Of a DNA stretch of 47,677 nt, positions 1-11,037 are shown piece after piece (the first letter of the stretch is position 1; every line of letters begins with the position of its first letter). Below the pieces are notes generated by a model that ran no database searches, was not told the origin of the DNA, and worked only from the letters and a program-made list of their open reading frames with translations. The translations under genes were made by a program, and so were the position numbers. The stretch covers positions 1-47,677 of the forward strand of contig JAUWPE010000003.1 in NCBI GenBank assembly GCA_030611765.1, in the 5' to 3' direction. Source of the stretch: Candidatus Cloacimonadota bacterium. GTDB lineage: Bacteria; Cloacimonadota; Cloacimonadia; JGIOTU-2.

Positions 1-164
1 GAACTTTTATTAAAAGATGAATAAGTGCTGTCAAGAAAACATTAAAGGATTTAAGAAATTCACTTGCTAAATTACATCATTTCGGCAAGTTCTTTTAGTT
101 TCTTTGTTGCTCTTGGCAAATCAGTATTTCTTCTTTTTGCATTCTTCGTTTGTCTAACGGAAAA

Positions 165-580
165 GCTCACCCCGTTAGATAGTATCCCATCCCGATAAAT
201 CGGGACGGAGCAAGAGTATCTAACAGGGTAAACCTGCCCGGTGAAATAATTTAAAACTATGGTTAGTAACATAAAGTAGTCAACAAAAATAAATTAAATG
301 GGTATAGTCATAGATTATGCCGCTATTTCACGGGGTCAGGTGAAGCGGGGGTTAGTCACTTAATTCTAAAATCCTTGCATTTTTTGGCAAAAGAATTTTT
401 ATCAACTAACTCCATTTGAATAGAAAAAAAGATTCAACGGAGTTCGTTTTGCTTGCCCCGTGAAATGTTTTTTCTTTTATTTCATTGGGGTTCGTTGCTA
501 ATTCTTTGGTTCGGTTTACCCTGTTGGATAGCTATCATGCTGGATTTACCTCGTTAAAATAATTATCCTACAGGGTTTAT
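165..580. repeat. Cluster of nested/adjacent CCCCGTGAAAT...ATTTCACGGGG-type hairpin elements (family E), one carrying an internal ATCCCGATAAATCGGGAC palindrome
   Basis: Inverted arms at 170-181/217-228, 233-248/324-340, 408-421/432-443, 456-466/479-490 and 519-530/564-575; 18-bp palindrome at 189-206. Confidence 0.8.
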
Positions 581-601
581 CCGAGTTAGGTGTTTTGTAC
601 T

Positions 602-820
602 TTATGTATGTAGCAACAGTTTTGCTTGAACAGATTCCAAAACATTATCTCTAAGATAAGAACTGGCATTGAGAATTTCTACACCAATAATTTCACCTTT
701 TTCATCTAGTTCCGCTGTAATGTTTGGAGAAAGTTCGACACTATTTGCCTCTGGACCGTCTTTAATCTTTATATGAATAACGTCTTCTTTGGGAAAATAT
801 TTCATATTTGTATTATTCAT
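602..820 (-). CDS. DUF2283-like small protein, putative antitoxin
   Basis: 72 aa; YFPKEDVIHIKI...ITAELDEKGEIIGVEILNAS pattern typical of DUF2283; overlaps the upstream gene. Confidence 0.75.
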   Translation of the reverse strand: MNNTNMKYFPKEDVIHIKIKDGPEANSVELSPNITAELDEKGEIIGVEILNASSYLRDNVLESVQAKLLLHT

Positions 821-1085
821 TAGTATACCTCCCTGTTCGGATGCGAAAATTAATTTGTTGTCTTGTGGTTCGATGAATTGTAATAGGTGTGATAAAATTT
901 TCAGACTTTTTATATGGTATTGCCACTATCTGATTATTGTGTTTTCCAATAGTAATTAATCTTTGATTTTCGGTATCAAAATATCGTTCTTGTGAATATT
1001 TGATTATTTGTTCAATTGTTGACAGATCGTATCCTCTTATTAAGGAACGATATTGAAGATATTCAGTCCAGATTATTTTTTTCAT
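813..1085 (-). CDS. DUF4258/RelE-BrnT-like small protein, putative toxin
   Basis: 90 aa from MKKIIWTEYLQYR (start re-set to 1085); basic, ends ITPITIH; coupled to the DUF2283 gene. Confidence 0.6.
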   Translation of the reverse strand: MKKIIWTEYLQYRSLIRGYDLSTIEQIIKYSQERYFDTENQRLITIGKHNNQIVAIPYKKSENFITPITIHRTTRQQINFRIRTGRYTNE

Positions 1086-1342
1086 ATGACAGTTTTTTAT
1101 CCACCTAACATATATTAGACTGCACTGTGCATAAAATAACACACTTATTTTCGAAATTAACATACATAATAAAACAAATTCCTATCTAAGAAATTAACTT
1201 TTACAATTATTTCATTACTCAATCTTTTAAATGATTTCATCAAAAGTATTGTCAAATTTTTTATAATAAATTGCTATAAATATTGACGTAAAACCAAGTA
1301 AAAAATTACTGGGTTTTCGATTAATAAGAAGTTAAAGTTAAT

Positions 1343-4300
1343 ATGATAAAAAAAGTTTTAAAAAAGATTTTCGGGACTCAGTTCGAGCGGGAAGTGAAGA
1401 AAATTCAGCCCGTTGTGGATGAGATAAATCGCATATATGCGGAACTTTCCTCTCTTTCAGAAGAGGAACTTAAGCACAAAACGGTAGAATTCAAAGAGAG
1501 AATTCAGGATCGTCTTGATAAGAAGCAGCAACTGGTTGATGGGCTTGAGTTACATTATGATGAGACTTCTGACGATAATGAAAAAGATCGGATCGGTTTC
1601 CAGATCGATGATGCAAAGAAAGATCTCGATGAGGAAACCAAGAACGTTCTTGAAGAAATTCTTCCTGAAGCATATGCTGTGATCAAGGAAACATGCAGAC
1701 GCCTCGTTGGCACCTCATGGCAAGTTCGCAGCCGTGAAACAGAATGGAACATGATACCTTATGATGTGCAGCTCATTGGCGCGATCTCATTGCATAATGG
1801 AATGGTCACAGAGATGAAAACCGGTGAAGGAAAAACTCTTGTTGCAACCATGCCTCTGTATCTGAACTCACTTGTGGGTAAGGGATCTCACCTTGTTACG
1901 GTGAATGACTATCTTGCTCAGCGTGATGCCGAATGGATGGGACAGATATACAAATATCACGGTTTGACTGTTGGTTGTATTTTCGGAAATCAAGAACCAT
2001 CGGTGCGTAGAGAGCAATATGCTGCTGATATCACCTACGGCACAAATAATGAATTCGGCTTTGATTATCTAAGAGATAATATGGCGATTAGCCCTGAAAG
2101 CATTGTACAGCGTGAACATTATTACTGTATCGTTGATGAAGCTGATAGTGTACTTATCGACGAAGCAAGAACTCCACTTATTATTTCGGGTACAGTTGAG
2201 CACTCGAAAAATTATTTCAGGGAACTCAATCCACAGATCAGAAAATTAGTGACCAAGCAGCAACGTTTAGTGAATGAACTTCTCTCCGAGATAAATACAA
2301 TGATCGAGAAAGGGACTTCGCAGGAAAATGAATTTGAATTCGGGAAGAAGATGCTAACAGTAAAGCGTGCTGCTCCGAAATCCAAACGGTTCATGAAGAT
2401 ACTGAAAGACGGAACTTATCAAAAGATCATGAATGAAATCGAGGGACAGTATCTGCGAGAGAAACAGCTTCATAAGCTTGACGAGCAGCTTTACTATACT
2501 ATCGACGAAGGGCAGCGCAGTGCAGACCTTAATGAGATGGGGCAGGATGAGCTTTCTAAATTTGACAGCTCACTTTTTATCATGCCGGACCTTGATGAAG
2601 AGATCGAAAAAATAAATAAAGATGAGTCCCTTAATTCGGCTGCAAAGCAGGTAAAAAAGCAGAAGTCGCAGGAAGATTTTTTAGAAAAGAATGAGAAGCT
2701 TCATAATATAAAACAAATGCTGCTTGCATATTCACTTTTTGAAAAAGATGTGGAATATATTGTAACAGATAACCGAGTTGTTATTGTGGATCAATTTACA
2801 GGACGTATCATGCCCGGCAGACGATTTAGTGAAGGACTCCATCAGGCGTTGGAAGCAAAAGAGAATGTTCAGATACAAGAAGCCACGCAAACGCTTGCAA
2901 CTATTACGCTTCAGAACTATTTCCGTATGTACACAAAACTTGCAGGTATGACGGGTACAGCCATCACAGAGCAGGTTGAGTTTGAAGAAATTTATAAACT
3001 TCCCGTGATTGAAATTCCTACCAATGAACCAATACGCAGAATTGATTATGATGATTTGATCTACAGAACTAAGAAGGAGAAATACGAAGCGCTCGCCGAT
3101 GAAATTGAAGAGATGTATCAACAACGCAGACCTGTGCTCGTAGGAACAATATCCGTTGAAGTTTCAGAGATCATCAGCCGGTTGCTGAAAAGAAAGAATG
3201 TTCCTCATGAAGTGCTGAACGCAAAATATCATGAGAAAGAAGCTGAGATCGTTGCCTATGCCGGACTACCCGGTGCTATAACCATTGCTACGAATATGGC
3301 AGGTCGTGGAACAGATATCAAACTTGGCGAAGAAGTTGTTCGATGCGATACCTGTATCGTTAAATGTGTGGGGGACTGTAAGGATGCGGGAAATAATAAA
3401 CCAAATCCTGATCATAACTGCAAGGAAAAAATGCCCTGCGGTTTGCATATCATTGGCACAGAGCGTCACGAAAGCAGACGAATCGACAGACAGTTGCGCG
3501 GACGTAGCGGGCGTCAGGGTGATCCGGGTTCATCAAAATTCTTTCTTTCTCTCGAAGATGACCTTATGAGAATTTTCGGCTCGGATAGAATTGCAGGTTT
3601 GATGTCCAGAATGGGGCTCAAAGAAGGCGATGCGATAAAGCATCCGTGGATGACCAAGGCAGTTGAAAACGCACAGAAAAAAGTGGAAGGTCATAACTTC
3701 GAAATACGTAAACAACTCATAAAATATGACGATGTTATGAACCAGCAAAGAGAGGTTATATACTCATATAGAAGAAAAGTTCTGAAAGGTTTGGACCTTC
3801 GGGATGAAGTTCTGGAAATGCTTGACGATACGATAAATAGCAAAGTATCCTCATTTATTGGTTCAAGTGAATATGAAGAGAATTGGCCTCTTGAAGATAT
3901 TGTTGGTTGGTTCGAAAATGAGCTTGGGGTCAAAATCAATATTTCTCTTGAACTTGGCTCAATCAATAATAAGGAAGACCTGATCCACACTCTTTATGAG
4001 CAGCTAACAAAAGCTTATGCACGCAAGGAAAAACATTTTGAAGAAGAGCAAAGAAAACTGGAGCGATACTCTGTTTTGAAAGTTGTGGATGAGCAATGGA
4101 AAGATCATCTATATGAAATGGATAGACTGAAAGAGGGCATCGGTTTGCGTGCATATGGACAGAGAGATCCACTCATCGAATATAAAAAAGAAAGTTTTGA
4201 ACTCTTCCTGAATTTGATCGATACTATTAAAGAGAAAGTGATAAAAAATGTCTTCACACTTTATCCTGCGCTCTATTATCAAGTGCAAGACAGAGTTAAA

Positions 4301-4534
4301 GATATGCAGCTTTCTCATAAAGAAAGGAATGCATTTGATCATGTTGCTTCCAGCGCTGAGGATCAGAGAGAACGAATGCAAAATATGCAGCAAGGACAAC
4401 ATCGAGTTCAGCAGCAACCTGAGGAACCAAAACGTCAACCTATGAGAAGAGATACAGAAAAAGTGGGGAGAAATGATCCCTGCCCCTGTGGAAGCGGTAA
4501 GAAATACAAGCATTGCTGCGGACAGAAAGGATAA
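1343..4534 (+). CDS. secA: Preprotein translocase ATPase SecA (long form)
   Basis: EMKTGEGKT Walker [47 protein letters not shown]-terminal [22 protein letters not shown]. Confidence 0.99.
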   Translation: MIKKVLKKIFGTQFEREVKKIQPVVDEINRIYAELSSLSEEELKHKTVEFKERIQDRLDKKQQLVDGLELHYDETSDDNEKDRIGFQIDDAKKDLDEETKNVLEEILPEAYAVIKETCRRLVGTSWQVRSRETEWNMIPYDVQLIGAISLHNGMVTEMKTGEGKTLVATMPLYLNSLVGKGSHLVTVNDYLAQRDAEWMGQIYKYHGLTVGCIFGNQEPSVRREQYAADITYGTNNEFGFDYLRDNMAISPESIVQREHYYCIVDEADSVLIDEARTPLIISGTVEHSKNYFRELNPQIRKLVTKQQRLVNELLSEINTMIEKGTSQENEFEFGKKMLTVKRAAPKSKRFMKILKDGTYQKIMNEIEGQYLREKQLHKLDEQLYYTIDEGQRSADLNEMGQDELSKFDSSLFIMPDLDEEIEKINKDESLNSAAKQVKKQKSQEDFLEKNEKLHNIKQMLLAYSLFEKDVEYIVTDNRVVIVDQFTGRIMPGRRFSEGLHQALEAKENVQIQEATQTLATITLQNYFRMYTKLAGMTGTAITEQVEFEEIYKLPVIEIPTNEPIRRIDYDDLIYRTKKEKYEALADEIEEMYQQRRPVLVGTISVEVSEIISRLLKRKNVPHEVLNAKYHEKEAEIVAYAGLPGAITIATNMAGRGTDIKLGEEVVRCDTCIVKCVGDCKDAGNNKPNPDHNCKEKMPCGLHIIGTERHESRRIDRQLRGRSGRQGDPGSSKFFLSLEDDLMRIFGSDRIAGLMSRMGLKEGDAIKHPWMTKAVENAQKKVEGHNFEIRKQLIKYDDVMNQQREVIYSYRRKVLKGLDLRDEVLEMLDDTINSKVSSFIGSSEYEENWPLEDIVGWFENELGVKINISLELGSINNKEDLIHTLYEQLTKAYARKEKHFEEEQRKLERYSVLKVVDEQWKDHLYEMDRLKEGIGLRAYGQRDPLIEYKKESFELFLNLIDTIKEKVIKNVFTLYPALYYQVQDRVKDMQLSHKERNAFDHVASSAEDQRERMQNMQQGQHRVQQQPEEPKRQPMRRDTEKVGRNDPCPCGSGKKYKHCCGQKG

Positions 4535-4548
4535 ATAGGAAAGTAGAT

Positions 4549-6741
4549 ATGGCAAAGAATTTACTCATCGTAGAATCACCGACAAAATCAAAAACAATTA
4601 GCCAATACCTTGGAAAAGATTTTAATATTCTTGCTTCAATGGGGCATATTCGAGACCTGCCCCAAAAGGAATTCGGAATAAATCTGAAAGATAATTTCAA
4701 ACCTACCTATGTGCTGGATCCAAAAAAATCCAAAGTAGTAAATAATATTAAAAAAGCTGCAAAAGAGAGCGAAAATATCTATCTTGCATCAGATAATGAT
4801 AGAGAGGGCGAAGCGATTGCATGGCATCTCAAAGAGATATTGAAAAATATTATTCCGGAAAAGGATATATACAGAATTGTATTTAATGAGATTACGCGGG
4901 AGGCTATTATTGAAGCAATTGAGAAACCCACCCATGTTGACGAGAACAAGGTTGATGCACAGCAGACACGCAGGATTCTTGATAGGATCGTTGGATACAA
5001 AGCAAGTCCAATCTTATGGAAGGTTATCACAAAAAACCTGTCCGCAGGTAGAGTACAGACTGTGGCATTACGACTTATTTGCGAGCGAGAACAAGAGGTC
5101 AGAGATTTCGTACCCCAGGAATACTGGTCAATCGAAGCTTATCTGAAAAAGGATATCGAATTCAAAGCTCAACTGAAAAAATATGCCAATAAAGTTATCA
5201 AGCTGAACACAAAAGAGGAAGCTGAAGAGATATTCGAGAAGCTCAAAAACGCTGATTATATCGTAAAGGGCGTGAAGAAAGAAAAAAAATCAATTGCTCC
5301 TTTTCCTCCATTTATAACAAGTACTCTGCAACAGGAAGGATCAAAATTACTGGGATTCTCGATTAAGAAAACCATGCAGATCGCCCAGCAACTCTACGAA
5401 GGAGTGACCATACACGGACGCAACACGGGTCTTATTTCATATATGAGAACTGATTCTGTACGTATCTCGGATAAAGCGAATTTTCAAGTCAGAAAATATA
5501 TCAAAGATTCCTTTTCTGAAGAATATTTGAATTCCTATATTCGAAAATACAAAAATAGGAATAAAGCTCAGGATGCCCATGAGGCGATCCGTCCCACGAA
5601 TTCTTTCACAACACCGAATTCAATCAAAGAATTTATGTCAAAAGACCAGTATAAGCTCTACAATCTAATCTGGAAAAGGTTTGTTGCCACACAACTTTCC
5701 AATGTGCAATTGGAAAATATCACCGCACAGATTCAGGCAGAAAAAGGATTGTTTGAATCTCAAGCAGGAAAAATCCTTTTTGATGGATTTATAAAAGTCT
5801 ATACTCATGTACCTATTAAAAATCTTAAAGAAACCTTTCCTGAGCTTGTCCAAAATGATGAAGTCGAGTTGCTGAAACTTAATAAAGAGCAGCATTTTAC
5901 TCAACCCTCATCACGATATACAGAAGCCTCGCTTGTTCGAAAACTCGAGCAGGAAGGTATCGGGCGTCCAAGCACCTATGCACCTATTATTTCTACCATT
6001 CTGCAGAGAAAATACGTGACACTTCAAAAGAAGAAATTTTTCACAACAGAGCTGGGCGAAACCGTTGAGAAATTCCTAATTGATAAATTTGAAGATTTTT
6101 TTAATGTGAAATTCACTGCGGAAATGGAGAACAAACTCGATAATATCGAGAAAGGGGAGTTGAACTGGATAGAAATACTTAAAAAATATTACGATGATTT
6201 TATCAGTCATCTGGATAAGATCGATATTTCAAAGGAAAAGAAGAAATATGAGCAGAAAACTGATATCGTATGTGATAAATGCGGTTCTCCGATGATAATA
6301 AAATTTGGGAAATACGGGAAATTCATTGCCTGTTCTGCCTTTCCGAAATGTAAAAACGTGAAATCCCTTGATGAGAATGAGGAGATCGTTGAACCGGAAA
6401 CCAATGAAAAATGTCCGAAATGCGGCGGTAGGATACTTTTGAAGAATGGTAAATATGGTAAATTTTATGCGTGCGAAAATTATCCGAAATGCAAATTCAC
6501 TAAACCTTTTACTATTGGTGTGAAATGCCCTCAATGCGGCGGAGAGCTTATTGAAAGAAAGGGCAAACAGAACAAAATTTATTATACATGTTCCAATTAT
6601 CCTACATGTAAATTTCTTACAAATAAGAAGCCCGTTGCTATTAAATGTCCTGATTGTGGTGCAGAATCCATGTTTGAAAAACCATCACGAAAAAAGGCGA
6701 AAATCCTTGTTTGTGAAAAATGCGGAAAAGAACTCGCATAA
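4549..6741 (+). CDS. topA: DNA topoisomerase I with C-terminal Zn ribbons
   Basis: LLIVESPTK TOPRIM, ASDNDREGEAIAWH, SAGRVQT, LISYMRTDS active site, QDAHEAIRPT, repeated CxxCG motifs; ATG at 4549 after AGGA. Confidence 0.98.
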   Translation: MAKNLLIVESPTKSKTISQYLGKDFNILASMGHIRDLPQKEFGINLKDNFKPTYVLDPKKSKVVNNIKKAAKESENIYLASDNDREGEAIAWHLKEILKNIIPEKDIYRIVFNEITREAIIEAIEKPTHVDENKVDAQQTRRILDRIVGYKASPILWKVITKNLSAGRVQTVALRLICEREQEVRDFVPQEYWSIEAYLKKDIEFKAQLKKYANKVIKLNTKEEAEEIFEKLKNADYIVKGVKKEKKSIAPFPPFITSTLQQEGSKLLGFSIKKTMQIAQQLYEGVTIHGRNTGLISYMRTDSVRISDKANFQVRKYIKDSFSEEYLNSYIRKYKNRNKAQDAHEAIRPTNSFTTPNSIKEFMSKDQYKLYNLIWKRFVATQLSNVQLENITAQIQAEKGLFESQAGKILFDGFIKVYTHVPIKNLKETFPELVQNDEVELLKLNKEQHFTQPSSRYTEASLVRKLEQEGIGRPSTYAPIISTILQRKYVTLQKKKFFTTELGETVEKFLIDKFEDFFNVKFTAEMENKLDNIEKGELNWIEILKKYYDDFISHLDKIDISKEKKKYEQKTDIVCDKCGSPMIIKFGKYGKFIACSAFPKCKNVKSLDENEEIVEPETNEKCPKCGGRILLKNGKYGKFYACENYPKCKFTKPFTIGVKCPQCGGELIERKGKQNKIYYTCSNYPTCKFLTNKKPVAIKCPDCGAESMFEKPSRKKAKILVCEKCGKELA

Positions 6742-8000
6742 TGAAATACTCAGAAGTTTTAGTTTCTGGAATTAAAAGCATTTTATCTCATAAATTGCGC
6801 TCATTTCTGACCTTAGCAGGCATTATGATCGGTGTGGCAGCAGTTACAACAATGTTCTCCTCGGTTGAGGCAATGAAAAATCTCATCGAGGAGACGATCA
6901 GTTCACTTGGATATGATAATGTGATCGTGCTCTATTCAAAATTTCCTGATACCAGTACTGATAAATTAAAAAAATACAAAACAGTAAAACGCTTTCAGCA
7001 AATCAATTACGACGATTATGAAGCGCTAAAAGATAATCTTCAAAATGTGGAATATATCTATCCCACTATTGACGATCAACGAAATACGATCATAAATGGA
7101 AAGAAAAGCCAGATCCGTTTGAAAGGTGTTAAAAATATTTTCTTCGCAGAAAAAAATTATTATTTTGTAGAAGGAAGGGAATTCAATACCATCGAATCCA
7201 AAAACGGTGAGAATGTCTGCATTCTTGGCGAAACCATAAGCACGAAACTTTTTCCCAAAGGCAAAGTTCTCGGGCAATATATATCGATAGGGGATATTCG
7301 GCTGAAAGTGATTGGTGTCATTGACTTCGAAACCAGCGAGAGTGGTTTTGCTAAAGCGAATGAGTGGGAGAGAAGACTCGCACTTGAATCCTGCTATGTT
7401 CCTTCAAAATTCGCAGCGAAATATCTTCGTCCAACAATGAATATCGATGTCATGTGGATAAAAGCAACCGATGCTGATCTTGTAGGGGATGTATATAATT
7501 CAGCAGTTCAGATATTGCGTTCCAGACATAATATGGCAGATGATGTCGGTATGAGGGACATCAGTGCGGATATGCTCGAGGTCAGGCAGCAGGTGAATGA
7601 ATTTTTAAAGAATTGGAATATTATTCTGCTGGCAATTTCCAGCATCTCGCTTTTTACAGGCGGCATCGGACTCTTTAGTATTTTGCTCATTTCTATTACA
7701 GAACGTATGAAAGAGATCGGTATTCGTAAGAGTGTCGGTGCAAAGAATAGAGACATTTTTTTCTACTTTCTTTTTGAGTCGATAATTCTTGCTCTTATTG
7801 GCGGTCTGGTGGGTTCAGGTCTAGCCCTGTTACTGATAGGAGCGTTAAGCAATGCACTGAAAGTCGTTGTTTCATTCCCAATTATGGGAATTATTGTTGG
7901 TTTATCTTTTGCCATTATCATGGGTTTAGTTTCGGGATTTTATCCTGCGTACAAAGCATCAAAAATAGATCCCATCAAAGCAATTTTTTATACGGAGTAA
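6741..8000 (+). CDS. MacB/FtsX-family ABC transporter permease
   Basis: RSFLTLAGIMIGVAAV, SITERMKEIGIRKSVGA, GFYPAYKASKIDPIKA; TAATG overlap with topA. Confidence 0.93.
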   Translation: MKYSEVLVSGIKSILSHKLRSFLTLAGIMIGVAAVTTMFSSVEAMKNLIEETISSLGYDNVIVLYSKFPDTSTDKLKKYKTVKRFQQINYDDYEALKDNLQNVEYIYPTIDDQRNTIINGKKSQIRLKGVKNIFFAEKNYYFVEGREFNTIESKNGENVCILGETISTKLFPKGKVLGQYISIGDIRLKVIGVIDFETSESGFAKANEWERRLALESCYVPSKFAAKYLRPTMNIDVMWIKATDADLVGDVYNSAVQILRSRHNMADDVGMRDISADMLEVRQQVNEFLKNWNIILLAISSISLFTGGIGLFSILLISITERMKEIGIRKSVGAKNRDIFFYFLFESIILALIGGLVGSGLALLLIGALSNALKVVVSFPIMGIIVGLSFAIIMGLVSGFYPAYKASKIDPIKAIFYTE

Positions 8001-8009
8001 TACGATATA

Positions 8010-9362
8010 GTGATTACAATTATTGCAATACTTTTTCTGATAGGCATATTGGTTTTTGTTCATGAGTTCGGGCATTTCATCGTAGCTCGGCTCAATCATG
8101 TCAAAGTTGAGAAATTCTCATTTGGCTTTGGACCAAAACTATTTTCGTGGACTATTGGAGAAACCGAGTATAGAATATCACTCATACCGCTTGGCGGGTA
8201 TGTTAAAATGTTGGGTGAGAACCCTGATGAAGCATCCAACGGGGAGCTTCTTGATAAGAGGAGTTTTAAGCAGAAACGCTGGTGGCAGAAAGCTCTGATC
8301 GCTTTTGGAGGACCCTTTGCCAATTTCCTGTTCGCAATTTTGATCCTTGCGCTTACGTACACCATTGGAATAAAAATCTATGACATTGCTCCAGTGATAG
8401 GCAGAATTTCCGAAGAAGCATATACGGCAATTCCCCTTGAAAGCGAAGATAGGATAGTGAGCATTGATGGAGTTCCAATTACTGGCTGGGCATCCATAAT
8501 TCAGGAATGGGTAACAAAATCTCCAGATAAAAGGCAGATCACTTATATACGGGATAATGATACACTTTTTACTCAAACGAAAAATTTTTCCTATGAACTT
8601 TGGCTTTCAGACATAAAACCTTATGTGCCTGCAATTATCGGAGATGTCTATTATGGATTACCTGCATATCAGGCAGGTTTGAAAAAGGGTGATACCATTG
8701 TTAGAATTGAGGATACGGAAATTCATGACTGGTATGACCTGCAGGGAATCATTAAAAATAATGCGGATCGTCCTTTGCATTTTGTAGTGCAAAGAGATGA
8801 TGAGTTGCTGGAGATGGATATCACTCCTCAGATTAATATCGAACTTGATGAAAACTCGGGTATTATTGGAATCTCTCAAATTCTGGAACAGGAATATATT
8901 GAGAGTTTCTCTGTGTCAAACTCATTTAAATACGCATTTCTTACAACAATAGACTTCATAGGTCGGTATTATAGTGGATTATTCAAACTTGTTCAGCATC
9001 CGTCTCAAGTTGGTAAAAGCGTGGGTGGTCCTATAATGATCGCATCGCTGACAAGCCAGCAGGTGAGAGAAGGCATAAGTGCCTATCTCTCATTCCTCGC
9101 AATGATCAGCATCATCTTTATGATCGTCAACCTGCTTCCTATTCCTGTTCTTGATGGAGGAATGATCATCTTTTCCATTATTGAAGGTATAAAAGGTAAG
9201 CCGCTCAAATTAAACACGCAGGTGATCCTTCAACGTATAGGGGGAATAGTTTTACTGTTTATCATGATTTATGCTTTCTATAACGATATTTCGAGATTTG
9301 TGGGGCGATATTTCTCCCTGAAGCGATCCAATACTCCCACAACTCTCGAAAAACCACAATAG
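8010..9362 (+). CDS. rseP: RIP metalloprotease RseP (M50, PDZ domains)
   Basis: VFVHEFGHF, FSFGFGP, PLGGYVKM, NLLPIPVLDGG. Confidence 0.96.
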   Translation: MITIIAILFLIGILVFVHEFGHFIVARLNHVKVEKFSFGFGPKLFSWTIGETEYRISLIPLGGYVKMLGENPDEASNGELLDKRSFKQKRWWQKALIAFGGPFANFLFAILILALTYTIGIKIYDIAPVIGRISEEAYTAIPLESEDRIVSIDGVPITGWASIIQEWVTKSPDKRQITYIRDNDTLFTQTKNFSYELWLSDIKPYVPAIIGDVYYGLPAYQAGLKKGDTIVRIEDTEIHDWYDLQGIIKNNADRPLHFVVQRDDELLEMDITPQINIELDENSGIIGISQILEQEYIESFSVSNSFKYAFLTTIDFIGRYYSGLFKLVQHPSQVGKSVGGPIMIASLTSQQVREGISAYLSFLAMISIIFMIVNLLPIPVLDGGMIIFSIIEGIKGKPLKLNTQVILQRIGGIVLLFIMIYAFYNDISRFVGRYFSLKRSNTPTTLEKPQ

Positions 9363-9381
9363 AATGGGCTTGTTGAAGAAA

Positions 9382-9429
9382 TAAGTGGGTTAGTTGAAAA
9401 TTCAGATTTTAAGTATATCGACCCACTTA
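9382..9429. repeat. Intergenic inverted repeat TAAGTGGGT...ACCCACTTA
   Basis: Arms at 9382-9390 and 9421-9429; the same arm recurs at 36229. Confidence 0.5.
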
Positions 9430-9449
9430 AAAATAAAAGGAACCATAAA

Positions 9450-10586
9450 ATGAGTTTCAAGTTCTCCGTTCATACTCAGGATTCGATCACTTCAGCTCGC
9501 ACAGGAGAGCTTACACTTCCTCACGGAACAGTCAAAACTCCTGTCTTCATGCCTGTGGGTACACTCGGTACAGTGAAAGCCACTTCCCCGGAAGAATTAG
9601 AGAACATCGGATTTGATATAATCCTTGGAAACACTTATCATTTGTATCTACGTCCTGGAGATGAACTTATTAAAAAAGCAGGCGGACTGCACTCTTTTAT
9701 CAACTGGGACAGGAATATGCTTACTGACAGCGGTGGCTTTCAGGTCATGAGCTTGCAGCAGTTCAGGAAGATCACGGAAGAAGGCATTGGATTTCAATCT
9801 CATATAGATGGGAGCTCTCATTTTTTCAGTCCGGAACGAGTAATGGAGATCGAGCACAATCTTGGGGCTGATATCATTATGGTGCTGGATGAGTGTGCTC
9901 CCCATCCCTGCACAAAGGAATATGCAAAGGAATCTGCCGATATGTCACTCCGCTGGGCAGAACGATGCAATATCAAGCATGAGCAGCTCGGTGGGGAACA
10001 ATCCATATTTGGAATAGTGCAGGGAAGTATTTTTGATGACTTGCGTGAAGAGAATGCAAAAGAACTTATCAGCATTGATTTCCCCGGCTATGCCATTGGA
10101 GGTTTAGCTGTTGGTGAAAATAAGGAGGATATGCTACGAATTGTTAACCTGATGGATAGGGTTCTGCCCAAAGAGAAACCACGCTATTTAATGGGCGTGG
10201 GAACACCACTCGATCTGCTTGAGAATATCGAGCGCGGGGTGGATATGTTTGACTGTGTGATGCCCACGCGTCATGCACGAAACGGGCAGGCATTTACCAG
10301 AGATGGCAGACTTACAGTAAGAAACGGTAAATATAAAGAGGATTTCCGTCCTATTCAGGATGATTGTAACTGTTATGCTTGTAGAAATTTCTCTCGCGCC
10401 TACATTCGCCATCTTATCAATGTGAAAGAGATACTTGGTGTTCGATTAACGACCCTGCATAATTTAACCTTTTATAATACTCTGATCAAAGAAATAAGAG
10501 AAGCCATTAACAGTGGCGTTTTCTCACAATACAAAAGCAATTTTATCGAACGTTACACACGTTCCGATGATGTCCAATACATATAA
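9450..10586 (+). CDS. tgt: tRNA-guanine(34) transglycosylase
   Basis: TPVFMPVGT, LGNTYHLYLRPG, TDSGGFQVMSL, DMFDCVMPTRHARNG, CNCYAC Zn site. Confidence 0.98.
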   Translation: MSFKFSVHTQDSITSARTGELTLPHGTVKTPVFMPVGTLGTVKATSPEELENIGFDIILGNTYHLYLRPGDELIKKAGGLHSFINWDRNMLTDSGGFQVMSLQQFRKITEEGIGFQSHIDGSSHFFSPERVMEIEHNLGADIIMVLDECAPHPCTKEYAKESADMSLRWAERCNIKHEQLGGEQSIFGIVQGSIFDDLREENAKELISIDFPGYAIGGLAVGENKEDMLRIVNLMDRVLPKEKPRYLMGVGTPLDLLENIERGVDMFDCVMPTRHARNGQAFTRDGRLTVRNGKYKEDFRPIQDDCNCYACRNFSRAYIRHLINVKEILGVRLTTLHNLTFYNTLIKEIREAINSGVFSQYKSNFIERYTRSDDVQYI

Positions 10587-10596
10587 TTATTAAAAA

Positions 10597-11037
10597 ATGA
10601 ACACAAAGAAGTCATTTAAAACCAACGTGACCACCGAGTACACTGAGAAAATAGAAAGAGACTCTTTCACTGAGAAAATTATTGGCTGTGCAATAGAGGT
10701 ACATAGAAATCTCGGACCTGGGTTGCTTGAATCGACATATAAACAATGCTTAGCAAGGGAGCTGTCAACTCATAATATTAAATTCTTTTTGGAACATCCT
10801 ATACCAGTCAATTATAAAGGGATCCATTTAGAATGCGGATATAGAATTGATATTTTATGTGTAAGCAGTGAGCAAAATCGTAAAGTCATCTTGGAATTGA
10901 AATCTATAGAAGAAATTATTAATATTCACAGAGCTCAATTGCTTACTTATATGAAACTTGCCAATATTGATACAGGTTTATTAATGAATTTCAATGTAAA
11001 ACAATTAAAAGATGGAATTGAAAGATTTAAGTTTTAA
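10597..11037 (+). CDS. GxxExxY protein (PD-(D/E)XK nuclease-like), copy 1
   Basis: IIGCAIEVHRNLGPGLLESTY, YRIDIL...ILELKS, AQLLTYMKL, GLLMNF. Confidence 0.92.
   Translation: MNTKKSFKTNVTTEYTEKIERDSFTEKIIGCAIEVHRNLGPGLLESTYKQCLARELSTHNIKFFLEHPIPVNYKGIHLECGYRIDILCVSSEQNRKVILELKSIEEIINIHRAQLLTYMKLANIDTGLLMNFNVKQLKDGIERFKF

Noticed and set aside
72-272. 66-aa minus-strand ORF
   Set aside because: Most of it reads through palindromic repeats; no recognisable family or RBS
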